NCBI GenBank assembly: GCA_002189035.1
Contig: NEEC01000011.1
Span: 2,976,001-3,040,000, forward strand
DNA length: 64,000 bases
Direction of reading: 5' to 3'
Source of the DNA: Utricularia gibba
Taxonomy: Eukaryota > Plantae > Magnoliophyta
Positions 49,297-64,000 of this stretch are shown piece after piece. Below the pieces are notes generated by a model. It ran no database searches. It saw only the letters and a list, made by a program, of their open reading frames with translations, and was not told the origin of the DNA. The stretch's first letter is position 1. Every line of letters begins with the position of its first letter. Made by a program: the position numbers and the translations under genes.

Positions 49297-51273
49297 TTAC
49301 CGGCCAAACCATCCTCGCTGGGCTTGGCCTTCCCCGCCATTCATCAACTTGTCAAGAACTATATTCAAATCAATAGCATGGCCATCCTCACTCAGCTTTC
49401 TAACCGTAGCTCTCACTTGATCTCTGGGGAATCCCATGGCTGTCACTCTGTCAACCACATCATCCGTGGGGAGCCACCGGACCCGGATGATAAACCACCT
49501 ACTGCGGTGGCGGCCGGCAACGCCTCAGGCAATATCCGGGCAGTGGGCAGCTGAGGATTAGTGGAAGGGTGTTGGTGTGGATTCATTTGGGAGCTGCTAC
49601 CATATGGCGCCTGAGGGTTGTTGTATGGAATAGGATACGGTTCACCGGTAGCACCTGGAGGTCCATATGGTCCGGAAAATCCAGGACCCCTCTGCCAGGT
49701 GAAGGAAAGTAGGTATTTGGAGTAGGTCCAGGGCCATAGGATTGCTGAGGATGAGGTAATCCGGTTGGTGGCTGAGATGATGGAGGGTACAGGCTGGGTC
49801 GGTAAGTATGAGGGGGAGCATATGAAGCTTCTTCCGGATGTTGGCCATAGGGTGGCGGTGTCAACATAGTGGGGTTTGCAGCTGGAAGTGATGAAGGTAT
49901 TTGGGAGGGCAGTGCCGGTGGGGCTGAGAGGGAAGTGGCTGTGGAGGATATCGTAACTGGGGAGAAGGTGACTGATGTTGCTGCTGGTGTGGTAGTTGGC
50001 TGGGTTGCATCTGTGGCTGTGGAGCAGAAACTTGATACTGCTGGGGTGGTTTTTCTGGAGCTAGATTCGATGGGGGCAAGTAGGGGTCTGGGGCAGGGGG
50101 CTGAAATGGAACCTGTAAGTTCTGATGTGGGGGTGGTGGAGGTAGTGGTTGAGGCGGTGGTGCAGGAGAAAAACTGGAGAACTGTTGATTACCAGATGCT
50201 CTTTGAGTGGGATCAGCGAGAACACTGTTACTGCTTCCATCTTTTTCAATTGGAGGAACTTGAAATTTAGCTATCTGAAGCTGAGCTTCCATTATTTCTT
50301 GCTTGTCCTTTACAAACTCTACACTGGTTCGTACCTGCAAACAAGGATTCATAAGCACTACCACTCTGATTCATTCTTTGCCCTACTACCAAGTTTCAGG
50401 ACGAAAACCCCAACAGGGCAAACAAAAAAAGTTCCTGAGCAAGAGCAACATTCTGGATATAGGTAACCGCCCGAATAATAAAAAGAGTTGTACCTGATCC
50501 AGAATATTCTCCAACAGCCTCATTCGCCCATCGGTGCTTCCATGGTTGTTTTGAACTGATCCCTTCATGTCATCAATTGAATTCTCAAGGTTGCGGGTTC
50601 TTGTTTCCAATTGGGATAAGCGAGCACTCATCGTATCAACGGAATGTGTCAGACCATCCATGTACTTCTTAAAGATCTTATCAACCTCCGAAACTAATGA
50701 CACGTTCCAAGGCACGCCGCTGTTGTTACTCTTTGGCAGGTTGAACTTGGCAGTTTCATCAACATCGAGAGCGTCATAGTTCTATCGAAGTGCAAACAAA
50801 GAAAAACAGATAACGGTCCGCGGAGCAAAGCTTGATTAAGAAACTTAAAATTCCATCACTGAAACTGCCATCATATTAGCCCATGATACCTTCAGACAAA
50901 TGAAAGCGATAGCATGGACTGAAAACCCAAAATCCCCAAAAAACGAAAACAAACTTAAATAACGAGAAGTAGGTAATCGGAAAAGTACTCTGATCGAAGG
51001 CACATCGCTTTTGGAATCGAACGAATTCCATATTCTACGAGAAGAATCCACATCTCCGGCATCGACATCCGAAGAAACAGCCACCGCCGTCGACGTAGAT
51101 CCAGTAGCTTGTTTAATTGGCATGAAATCGTAGCTGGATAGAATATCCCCATTTTTCTTCGACGGACTACTAAGGAAATCGATGAAGCTACCCTCACCGT
51201 CGTCAGCAGCTGTGCGTGGATTAGAGAGATCCATGATTTGCTTGTCCATGAACTGCGACGCCGTGTTTTTCAT
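49297..51273 (-). CDS. FLOE2/3-like DUF1421 protein (coiled coil + Q/P/S-rich region + UBA-like C-terminus), three apparent -1 frameshifts
   Basis: SQFMDKQIMDLS, LSQLETRTRNLENSIDDMK, QLPTARILPEALP and DDVVDRVTAMGFPRDQVRATVRKL...DLNIVLDKLMN...GWFGR*. The frame breaks at G-runs 49920-49923, 49687-49690 and 49468-49471. Confidence 0.85.
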
Positions 51274-51766
51274 CTGAGGTCCCCGATCGAAGATCAGAAC
51301 TCAGAAACTGCGGAAATGATCCGATTCTCAACACCTAAAAGGAAAACCATTGCAAAATGCAAGCTTCCGTCGGTTACTTCTCCGCGGGGTTCTTCGGGCA
51401 AGGAAGTCAATTCAGCCTTAGTCAAGTTACCCGACCGCATCCTGGAAATCACTGGACCGAAGGCGGAACAGTAGAGGAGCCCATTTCAAGTTCCAAATCC
51501 GGCCCAATAACAAAAGGCCCATCCACGATTCTTGTACTAATCAATGCAATTTACAAGGCGTGTGTTTACTTAGTACCTAACTTACAAAACTGCCGATGGT
51601 TCCTGCTCCTGGGGTTAGAGAGCTCTTCACTACTACTTCATTCTCTCATGATCAATGGATCAAAGGCAAGTAGATAGCTGCAAACCTGGGGCGATTTTTA
51701 GTCTCGTTTCGAGTCCGTGATGCCGTTCCAGTTCCCTCCAGTTTGGTTGCCTTTGGGGTTGCTTGC

Positions 51767-54700
51767 TTACTGCTGCACCAGGGACATAACAGGGATCCCC
51801 TTGCTGGAGAAGCTGGAGCACTTTACCCTTAGTTCCTCACCGATGGAAAATTCTCTTGTCGAGCCGCTCTGTAATGCAGTTGAACGAACAGAAAAGATGA
51901 GGGTCTTGCAGCCAACTACTGCCTCTACTGTATCATGGCTTATGAGGTGATAGTAAGGAACTTGCTTCAGAGTAAACGAAGAAGGCATGGAAGTATTTAC
52001 CTCGAACCAAAACATCCCACGAACGCCACCTTCCAGGTCGAGGACTAGACCATGCTTGCGGATTTTATAGACCTTTGATGTCATTATTGTTCCTATCTTA
52101 ATTTTTTTGGCATCCACAGAAGGCTTGGCTGGAGATCAGAAGGTGACGCCAACAAAAGTATAGAAAATATCAAGCAGTTTTCCTGTGCAGATTAGTAGTA
52201 TGGTTTTAGGTACATACCCTTGGACGTTCGTGCCTGGCCTTCAGCTTTTTCCTCTGCATCGCATTCAACAGCACTTCGAATTACTACTGAAGTCAAGGCT
52301 TCCATGCTGGGAGGTGGCTGACTGTCTTCATGTTTTATGGTTTTCAGTGAGGACTTGGCTGGAGATCAAAAGTTGATGCCAACAAAAGTGTAGAAAATAT
52401 CAAGCAGTTTTCCAATGCAGATTAGTAGTATGGTTTTAGGTACATACCCTTGGACGTTCGTGCCTGGCTTTCGGCTTTTTCCTCTGCATCGCATTCAACA
52501 GCACTTCGAATTACTACTGCAGTCAAGGCTTCCATGCTGGGAGGTGGCTGGTTGCCTTTATGTTTTATGGTTTGCAGTTCAACATTTGCTTTAGGTGCTC
52601 GTTGTTCATTCCCAGAAGACGTCACTGACGTTGGTTTGGGTAGAGTTGCTTTGAGAGATAGGCTAGCATTTCCACGAATATCAAGGCCAATGCACATCAA
52701 GTTTATCACCTGACCTACTGAAACTACATCAGAAACACGGGAAACCTGAAAAGAATGCAGACCATATGAGATACAGATGCAGCAGGCAGTACTTGGGGGC
52801 GAGGGATAGAAACCAAAAAGCACTATAAAGCACAAACCGGTTGATGCGAGAGCTCTGAGATGTGCAGGAGGCCTTGGTGGCCACCATTGAACTCCACAAA
52901 AGCACCATATTCCTTGATTGCAGTAACAACACATTTGTAGACACTTCCTTGTTCTATCTCACGACCAACAATGAAATTGATCTGGAATTTTAAGCGCAGG
53001 GGTCTGTCAATATACGAAACTCAATAACACATAGAAGTAGTAAAACAGTGTTACCTTTTCCATCACTCTGTCATATATTGCTTGGTTTTTTGCGATTACA
53101 GTAATACAGCCATCACCCACAGAAATCTTGCCTCCTGTAACATAAAAAATAAAAGTCGTGATAAAACAATAATCAAGGAGGAAACCAAAAATTTCAACTT
53201 GCGTGTCCTCTACAAATGCTGTAAGAGTGGGTGGATTCACAAAGTGAAGCACGGCCATTGAAATCTTGAGAACATACCGGTTTCTTCTTCAATCCTTCTT
53301 TTCAATGCCCCAAGAGGACCAATTAACTTGCGGATTGCATCATTATTGTACTTCAATGTGCCTGCAACCGATGTTGAGATTAGATGGTTATAAAAAAAAT
53401 GAGAATTTAACAGCCACCTAGCTAATTTGTAAACAAATTGGATAAAATAAAATACAGAGAATTAATGAATTCACAAGACATAGTCTTACATAAGCGAGGA
53501 GAGTTTCTGCCATCCTGTGAGCGTGGAAAATTTATTTCCTGGTCCATACGATCAAGGATTTGGAGTCGGGCATTACGTGCAGGATCTAAACTTTCGCATA
53601 TGATATCTAATGGGATTCCAGCGGGCTTTATGTCCAACTGAATTGCTGTAATTCCATTTCGAGTCCCAGCAATTTTGAAATCCATATCCCCAAGGTGATC
53701 TTCCAGGCCCTGCAAAATAAATGAAGCAAATAAAACTACCGTCATTAGGTACCCTAAAAATGAAAAATAAAGTGTCCACTACAATGCAAGATGAAAAAAT
53801 AATAATAAAACATTCATACAGTAATTTATGCAACCTCAACAGGCTAAGAAGTTATCGCATAAGAATAATGACTGAAAAGGGGAAAATTAGTACCAGTATG
53901 TCAGTTAATATTCTGTAGTCAGTGATTTCACCCGTGGAGGGTTCAGTTTCACTGACAAGACCCACTGATACACCTGCCACGTGCTCCCTTAGTGGAATCC
54001 CAGCATCCATCAAAGCCATGCTACCTACGGAAAAAAATGCAAATCCTGTCATTCAACATTTTCAAAAGGAAATGGAGACAAAGTATATCTGAATTCGCCA
54101 TTTTAAGTGGGAAAATGTAGAAAGCCAAACCTGCACACACAGATGCCATGGATGTTGATCCATCAGAACCCATAACTTCTGAGTTGACACGTACAGTGTA
54201 CGGAAATTCATTCTCAGGTGGTAAGACAGCAAGGAGAGCCTTTTCAGCAAGTGTCCCTTGCAAAAATTTAGGAGAAAATTCAAGGCACTATTTCGGGGCA
54301 TAAAATGAAAAATATTGGTGAAATTATGATTTCAGAGCAAATGTCCTGCATATAATGAAAACATCAACATAACGATAGACATGCAAAGAAATTTGAGGGT
54401 TATATTGCTATAGAGTCAACCACATCTTGCACTTCCTTAGATGAAGTGTAAGACAAACGATTTTAAACATCCTATCCAATCATTTACCTGACATTCTTTA
54501 AAAAAAAATCATAAAATTGCCAAACCCAAACATATAAAAGTTTTTGCTTACCATGACCAACTTCTCGTCTATTCAAACCAACTCGTTTCCCAACTTCGTT
54601 AATGCAGAATGGTGGGAAGCTATAGTGAAGCATAAACTTCTTGGTTGGAGGTCCCACTAGAGAATCTAGACGTTGAGCTTCTCCAGGTGCTCCAAGGGTC

Positions 54701-56693
54701 ACAGTGCAAAGAACCTATGTGCAGTACACAGCCCCCATAAGATTCCAAACGGATTCAAGGTGGACAATTCTCACACTCGCTCACTGACCTGTGTATCTCC
54801 TCGTGAAAATATTGATGAACCATGTAATACAGGAAAACTACCGGCTTCACAAAACAGAGGCCTCACTTCATCAAGACGCCTTCCATCAACTCTAATTCCT
54901 TCATGGATTATTCTTTTGCGAACAATCTGACAGTCAAAAATTCAAAAAATCACCACCTAGTCCAGAAAGTATGCCTATTAAACATGGCCAAACAAGCCCC
55001 TTTTTACTCCACGAGAGGGAGACATGATCTGAAGCTTCCACAGTAGAACTACCCCAAGAAAGCCAAATATCACAGGATGCCACAAGTACCTTCTTTCGTA
55101 CAGTGTCCACTGTTTTTGATAAAAATTTAAGGCCTTCTTCATCACCATCTTCCTCCAGTTCCTTCTTCATATCCTGTGTAATATTATCCAGCGCTTCTCC
55201 CCGTTCAAACTGAATAGACACAAGTGATCATATGAATAAAAGCGAAAGGAGATAATCACAATTCCACATAAAACAGCCTTTTTTGCACATACTTTGCCGT
55301 AGGTAGGATCTGTAAACACAGCTTCAATGGAAGCTTCGGTAAAACTTCTTATTTTTTCATATGTTGCATCCGATGCCATGGATAATTTATACTCCTTTTT
55401 CTGTTTTCCTGCTTTCGCTGCAAGCCTTACTTGAGGCTCCAGATATTTTATGGCCTGATAATGAATGAAAAATGTCCTTCAGAATGCATTCAATAGAATC
55501 ATAACACGACAACATGAAAAAAAAAAAAAGAAGAAATATCCCACTTCAGGATGGGCGAATCTCAGAGCAGCTTCCAAGTCCCTTTCAGATATCTCACAAG
55601 CTTGCACGTCTATCATCAAAGTCTTGTCACTTGTGCAGGCATAAATCAAATTAAGATCACTCAGGCTGAGCTGCAACATTCAAGTTACATAGATATCTTA
55701 ACGCTGCACCATAACTTCCAAAAACAGAATTTATTCAACTTATGTAGCTTGCCAGAAGAAGATAATCCAAATAAAAACGAATTCAATGATTGAATTTACA
55801 CATATTAGCAGTCAAACTGGAAGGTATCCAAATTCCAACCAACAGTGAAGGAGAAACAACCTCGTCCATACTGGGATTAATGATAAGCTGGCCAGAAATC
55901 CTTCCTACGCGAACAACTCCAATGGGGCCTCCCCAAGGAATGTCTGATATCATTAATGCAGCAGATGTTGCATTGGCTGCCATTACATCAGGATCTTGCT
56001 TACCATCAGAACAGAGCACGCTTGCCATAATCTAAGCCAAACCAATACACATTGGAAAATCAAACACACGTGGACCAACAGGGGAAAAATAAGTTGGCCA
56101 CTGATATCCTACCTGCACCTCATGGAAAAATCCTGCCGGGAAGAGTGGTCTGATTGGCCTGTCAATGATACGACCACATAAAAGCTCACGCTCTTTTGGG
56201 GCACCCTCCCGGCGCATGAATGTGCTGGGAATCGTTCCTTGAGCAAACTGCTTCTCTTGATAGTCAACCTTTCAACAACATAACAAAGGAAAAAAAAAAA
56301 GATTATAGCAAGCCAGGACCGAACAATGAATTGATTACACATGAATGCACATACCGTGAGCGGCAAAAAATCACGAGCTCCATCACTCTTAGCAGAAGCA
56401 ACCGTAGACAGCACTTTCGTATCATCCATCCCAAGAACCACAGCCCCATTCGCGAATCGAGCTATTTTACCTGTCTCCAGAGTAATATTTTTAGCCCCAA
56501 TCTCAAACTCTTCGGAAAAAATCTCAAGAAACTTATTCCCCGGAACTCGAACATCAGACTCGGAATCACGTGTCTCAGCCGGCGACAAGGAGGACGAAGC
56601 CGCAATGCGCCCCACCAAGATCCCCCGAAACGAAGCGCACCTCCACGGTAATGTGGATAGCAGTTGATTTGCCTTCCGCACCACCGGTGCCAT
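51767..56693 (-). CDS. PNP2: Mitochondrial polyribonucleotide nucleotidyltransferase (PNPase), 18 exons including one duplicated exon
   Basis: [38 protein letters not shown]-like [55 protein letters not shown] and S1 domains, and a second S1-like C-terminus. Confidence 0.96.
52124..52578. repeat. Tandem duplication with 230-bp period (52124-52348 and 52354-52578), about 94% identical
   Basis: Manual alignment gives about 14 substitutions over 225 bp and no indels. Each unit spans an 89-nt intron plus exon sequence. Confidence 0.97.
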
Positions 56694-57038
56694 GATCAGC
56701 AACGCGGACGGTGCTCCGGCGTCCTCAGGGTTTAGGGTTTAACAAAATGCACTGTTTCTCCTTCAATGCGACAAGTTAAATTAAAAAATAATATTCCGTA
56801 CCACTTTAAATTATCAAATAAATAACTTCCAAAAATGCCCTCCGATGGAAATGCAAAAGCTCACGGTATTGCTTGTGAACAAGAAAAGAGGCTGGTTGAA
56901 CAGATGGGCGCGCTGCCGCCGAGTTGAACCAGAAGAGGAACGGCGCAGCCCTTCTCCTCCGCGGCGGCTTCCTTGACTGCATCGCCAATCCAACTCTTCT
57001 GGAGCTGATGAACAACAGTCATGGCTGAACCCGAACGG

Positions 57039-58949
57039 CTAACGCATATACGAATTCGGAAACCAACGGGATAACATCAAGCGCTTCACTCGCGCAACTC
57101 CCAGATAGAGGTAGTAACTTGGAACATGCATTGCTGCAACGATGAGGTACCTGCAAACCAGCGCAAGCCTCATGCAAGTAATCGAATTGCTCAGGGTGCA
57201 GATAGTGAAGGAAACTCAGTCATGGCGAAGTGATGCAGTAGCAGAAACTGATACCAGAGGGGAGAGTGTTGGGCGGACAAGTCGAGAAAAGGATATGGCC
57301 ACCTGATTCACATGAAAGTTAATTGATGAAGAAGGAATGGATGCCCTTTGCATCAAAGGAAAGCCTTCCAGCAGTATGTTTGATTACCAGAGTTGGATGC
57401 AGGCGTGAAGAATCCATTGGAAGAAGACGTATACGCCCGTCAATAAAATGAAGTAGGAGATCCCGAACCATGGGAATGGCTGTGGAGGCATTTTCAAGTG
57501 AATATTCAATGAAAAGGGAAGAGATTGGAGAGGATTGCAGTTGCAGCAGCAAGCTCACCAGCTTATTCAAAGCTGTGTCCCCGAGAAGCAAGACGGCGTT
57601 CATGGTGTGGGTCACGACCGTCAGCTGACAAAGGAGTAGGAGTGAAAGATTAAAACTTCACAGAAAGCTGCAAATGGAAACAAGAAAGGAGGACTAACAA
57701 AGTTCATCTGGTAATCCCGGAGGGTCAGGAAGGGGAATATCACGATCCAGTATACAGAATCAGTGAGAGCAACAGCTCCAGCAGTCATCTGTTCATCCAC
57801 AACTACAACTGCGATCAGCATCAAGAAGTAAAAGGAAAAAAGCCGATGATCTGACAAGGATGATGAATTGCAGGCAGCATATTCTCAGGGGAACACACAG
57901 GCAATTAAAGAATGAAGTAAATAGAAATGCTGTCTCAACAAGGAAGTGAATTAAGGGATTCCTTGATGGACAGGAACCTTGCTTGGTTTTAAGGATCTAT
58001 TGTAAAAATGGATTCAGATGCTTCCTACATAGGAAAAGATGCTGCACCTGGTATAAGGCTTGAAACATGTGATCCCAAAAACCATAAACCGGCAGAGCTT
58101 CTGACTTTTGCAACAACCCATTTCTATTTTCATTCATTCTACCAACTAGGGGTGCATATATACCATTTTCCACATCCTCCGACAAGGGGGACCCGCTGTT
58201 CTTAGTTATCTTGAGATGGTACAAGCATCCACGAAATGAAAGCACCGATCCAAGCTGCAAGATGAGACAGAAATGGTATGCTTAAGACGAATAAATGTAC
58301 TAACTTTGCAGTTCGAAATTTTGTTGGAACATCATCTTTTCTTATATGGAAAGTCATTCAAAAATGGAAAAAATGTGGGCGAGAAAGAAGCCCCAATAAC
58401 ACATCTTTGATGTTATTTCAATATCAGAGTTGCATAGAATCCATACCCCAAAATAAAATGTGACCAATGTAAAGGTCCACCTGTTACGGAGCGCAAATGA
58501 ACAAATAAAAGAACATCAGTCAGATATAAAACCAGACTTCCTGGAGTCAACCAGGCCAATTGCTTCAAATATTCACAAAGAATCCAACTACAAGAATTCA
58601 CTCTCAAGCTTTTTTAAGGTGAGATACATAAAGGATGCAGTACTTACTGAGTATAGTAGAGAAATAACTGAAATCCATGTATACCCAGATCAAAACCCAT
58701 AGCAACCATAAGCAATGAAAAGGCTAAAATCCGATACAAGAGCAAAAAAACAGGGTGAATGCCCCTTAAACATGGCTTCCACGACGAATCATCGTGCTGC
58801 TTCCTTCCCCTCCATTCTGAACGTTCATACTTCCATATTAAAAACGCTGCAATGATCATAGGTGTCACCACACAAATCGCACATAGAAGCACTTTCCATC
58901 GCAACCAATAACTCAAGGTGGTAGGATCATCACTCCCCAACAATTCCAT
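57039..58949 (-). CDS. Rolling-stone-like multipass membrane protein (uncharacterised plant family), 8 exons
   Basis: TTLSYWLRWKVLLC, WKPCLRGIHP, FLYYTQWTFTLVTFYFGLGS, AGAVALTDSVYW, HTMNAVLLLGDTALN, PFPWFGISYF, WWPYPFLDLS. Confidence 0.85.
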
Positions 58950-59595
58950 TCTGTCAAGAACACCGAATGCCAAGTAAAATAAGAAACCGACACTCTGGGG
59001 AAAGAAAGAGGAAGAAATAAATAATTTCAATACAGAAGCAAAATCCCAGTTTTTATCGAAAGGCATGCATAAGTCATAACTACCCGTCAACGTTTCAAAC
59101 CCGGTGACAGTGATAATCTGGATCAAGAAACGATGAAAACAAAAGCCGGGACAAAAGCCCAGAACTTTCAACCGCTTCTAGTTGAGAAAAAAACAACTTC
59201 TTGAGATCGCCCACTTCGTGAATCGGAACAAATTTTTTTTTTTTTCAATTGCTAATGGGAACAAATAAATGGCTGATAAAAATTTTCGCAGCGGACAGGT
59301 CGCGTAAGGTGGCATTGGCAACAAGCACGTGGAAAGAAATCTTGCGAATTTGTTTGCCGAGAAACTCCTGGAAAATTCAAACATCCATTCTGATTGGATA
59401 ACACGTGAAATAGCAGTACGGTATTATCCGCTAATATATTTTTAATTTTTAATATTATAAATATACAAAAATTAAATTGTTTAATTACATTGGATGTATT
59501 TAATATAATTAAAAACCCTAAAAGTCAAACGTTAAGGCTCATTACTCTCATTACTCAGCTTGGGGAACGGGAGGGAGATCACAGGCTCACAAGGG

Positions 59596-59619
59596 GAAGA
59601 AGAAGAAGAAGAAGAAGAA
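59596..59619 (+). repeat. (GAA)8 microsatellite in the probable TMEM18 5' leader
   Basis: Read directly. Confidence 0.9.
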
Positions 59620-60013
59620 GAGCGAGCAAGTCGGCCACTGTAAAATCCGGAAGTCGTCTTCCTTCTGCGATAGGGAATCAGGAGGTGAGGATGCGAATTC
59701 TTGCGAGAAAACATTGATTTTGAGATGCACTTCTTTCCGCGTTTTGCAAATTGAATGTATCGTTAATCTGGAACATAATCTAGTTGATGATGGTCGGATG
59801 CGAAATTTTATGGTCTGCGCATGAGTCCTGTAGTTTCTCTTCGAAATGCAAAATTGGTTTTAATTTGTTGACTTCTTCTGTTGAGCAATCATCGCTGTTT
59901 CAGTTTTTCCTCGTGGATTCGGAAAGCTTAAAGTTTCGATATTTGTACATTTGGTTGAACTTGATTCTTTTGCTTAATCTCGGTTTTCAGGATAAACTGT
60001 GAAGGCGAGAACG

Positions 60014-60912
60014 ATGGAAGAGATTCAGTCTGCACTAAATGCACACATGGACCTGATGGCAGATCTTGTGGGGAACCTCACAGTGGAGCTCCGTTCTGGA
60101 CTAAAACCTGCATATGAAAACTTCATGGGATTTTACCATGCTGTTAACTGGAAGGTAGGCTACGCAGCATTTACCCTTAAGCCTGTTTTTATATCCTCAT
60201 TGGGATGATGGAAAAACTGGCATTGAGATGTTTCAAAGACATGGTATTTATCATACACTCCTGGCAATGAACCATCGGGTTCCTGTGCTCAGCTCACCAG
60301 TCCCAGCTCATCTTTTTCAAGTTCCTTCAGATGATGTGTTTGTTACTGGAAAACTTTATCTCTTTGGGTGACCGCAGGAGCCTTGGCTGTTAAGCCTGAT
60401 TTCCTTGCACGCATTGCTGCTGGTTGTAGCTATACTGTCGAGGAAGAACATCGACTTTCAGATGGGCTTGTTCCTTCTTGCACGTATGTTTCCTCCCCAC
60501 ATCCTACCGTAGCATAATAATCCCTACTTCTCTCATGCCCAACCTATGAGTTTGTAAAGCTACTCCTCTGAAACGCCCTTTCCTTGCAGTTGGAGGGGTG
60601 TACCTTGCTGAGAGGCTGAACCATGTGCTCGCCACAAACTGGAGAAGTTTCGCAGGCCAAAACTACTTCGACCCCAACGGAGTATTCCTGTCGGTGCTCT
60701 GGTCAGGGCCACTCCTGGTTATCTCCATTGTGATATTGGTAGGCATTTTTCATTCCTTCACACTTACCCAGCCTGGTTTGTGTACCACGATGATGCTCAG
60801 ACCTCACTTGCTGCAGGTGAACACGCTGTTTTCACTCTGCTATCTGATTGTGAGATGGAAGCGAGCTGAGCTCAGGCATCGCGCAAGAGCAGCTCGTATG
60901 AAAGATGAGTAG
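60014..60912 (+). CDS. TMEM18: Transmembrane protein 18 homolog, 4 coding exons
   Basis: FYHAVNWKEPWL, VYLAERLN, QNYFDPNGVFLSVLWSGPLL, WKRAELRHRAR. Confidence 0.92.
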
Positions 60913-61155
60913 AGAGACCCTTCCTCCTGATTGATCCCTTGGTTTTGTCTTTCTTTTTGGTAACTAGACTAACCATTTACCGGCAATGTCCACTAGCAAA
61001 ACTTACCACAGAGTTGACGACTACATGATTTTGCTATATGGATTGTTCAACAGCAAAAACATTTGGAAATGTTCATAGAAACAGCAGCATATTGCACAAG
61101 ATACTAGGCAATAAAAATGATCGATGATGATAGACAGTACCCCCGGAGTTAGGGT

Positions 61156-64000
<2,845 letters not shown>

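Noticed and set aside
49869-50270. Val/Gly-rich 133-aa plus-strand ORF
   Set aside because: Antisense of the Pro/Gln-rich FLOE-like region.
56724-56741. AGGGTTTAGGGTTT as an interstitial telomeric repeat
   Set aside because: Only about two units, next to a start codon; this is an ordinary telo-box.

Overview
This is plant (eudicot) nuclear DNA from an extremely compact genome. I find 24 protein-coding genes in 64 kb, with mostly 60-130 bp introns and spacers often only 300-700 bp. I see no transposon, tRNA, rRNA or CRISPR. The density suggests a Lentibulariaceae-type genome (Utricularia/Genlisea); that is inference. Gene order: RIK, DSPP-like, atypical bHLH (P1R-like), UGD, DUF3754, CXE, TLC, GTE bromodomain, cytochrome c1, plastid SET-domain protein, CSN3, plastid bS21, M48 peptidase, three DUF3339 genes, NET-domain protein, UKL, CRM/CFM9, FLOE-like DUF1421, mitochondrial PNPase, rolling-stone-like, TMEM18, and DEAD-box RH14/DRH1 (5' end outside the window). 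The most notable observations are: (1) a frameshifting 47-nt candidate poison exon followed by a long hairpin inside an RH14 intron; (2) a recent 230-bp tandem duplication that creates a new in-frame 141-nt exon in mtPNPase; (3) a dense E-box/AuxRE island and an unexplained 3-kb spacer around the small bHLH; (4) a GTE exon junction that gives a stop unless a micro-exon is used; (5) six single-base deletions, all in G/C homopolymers, most likely assembly errors. Gene models were spliced by eye and family names come from recalled motifs, not database searches.
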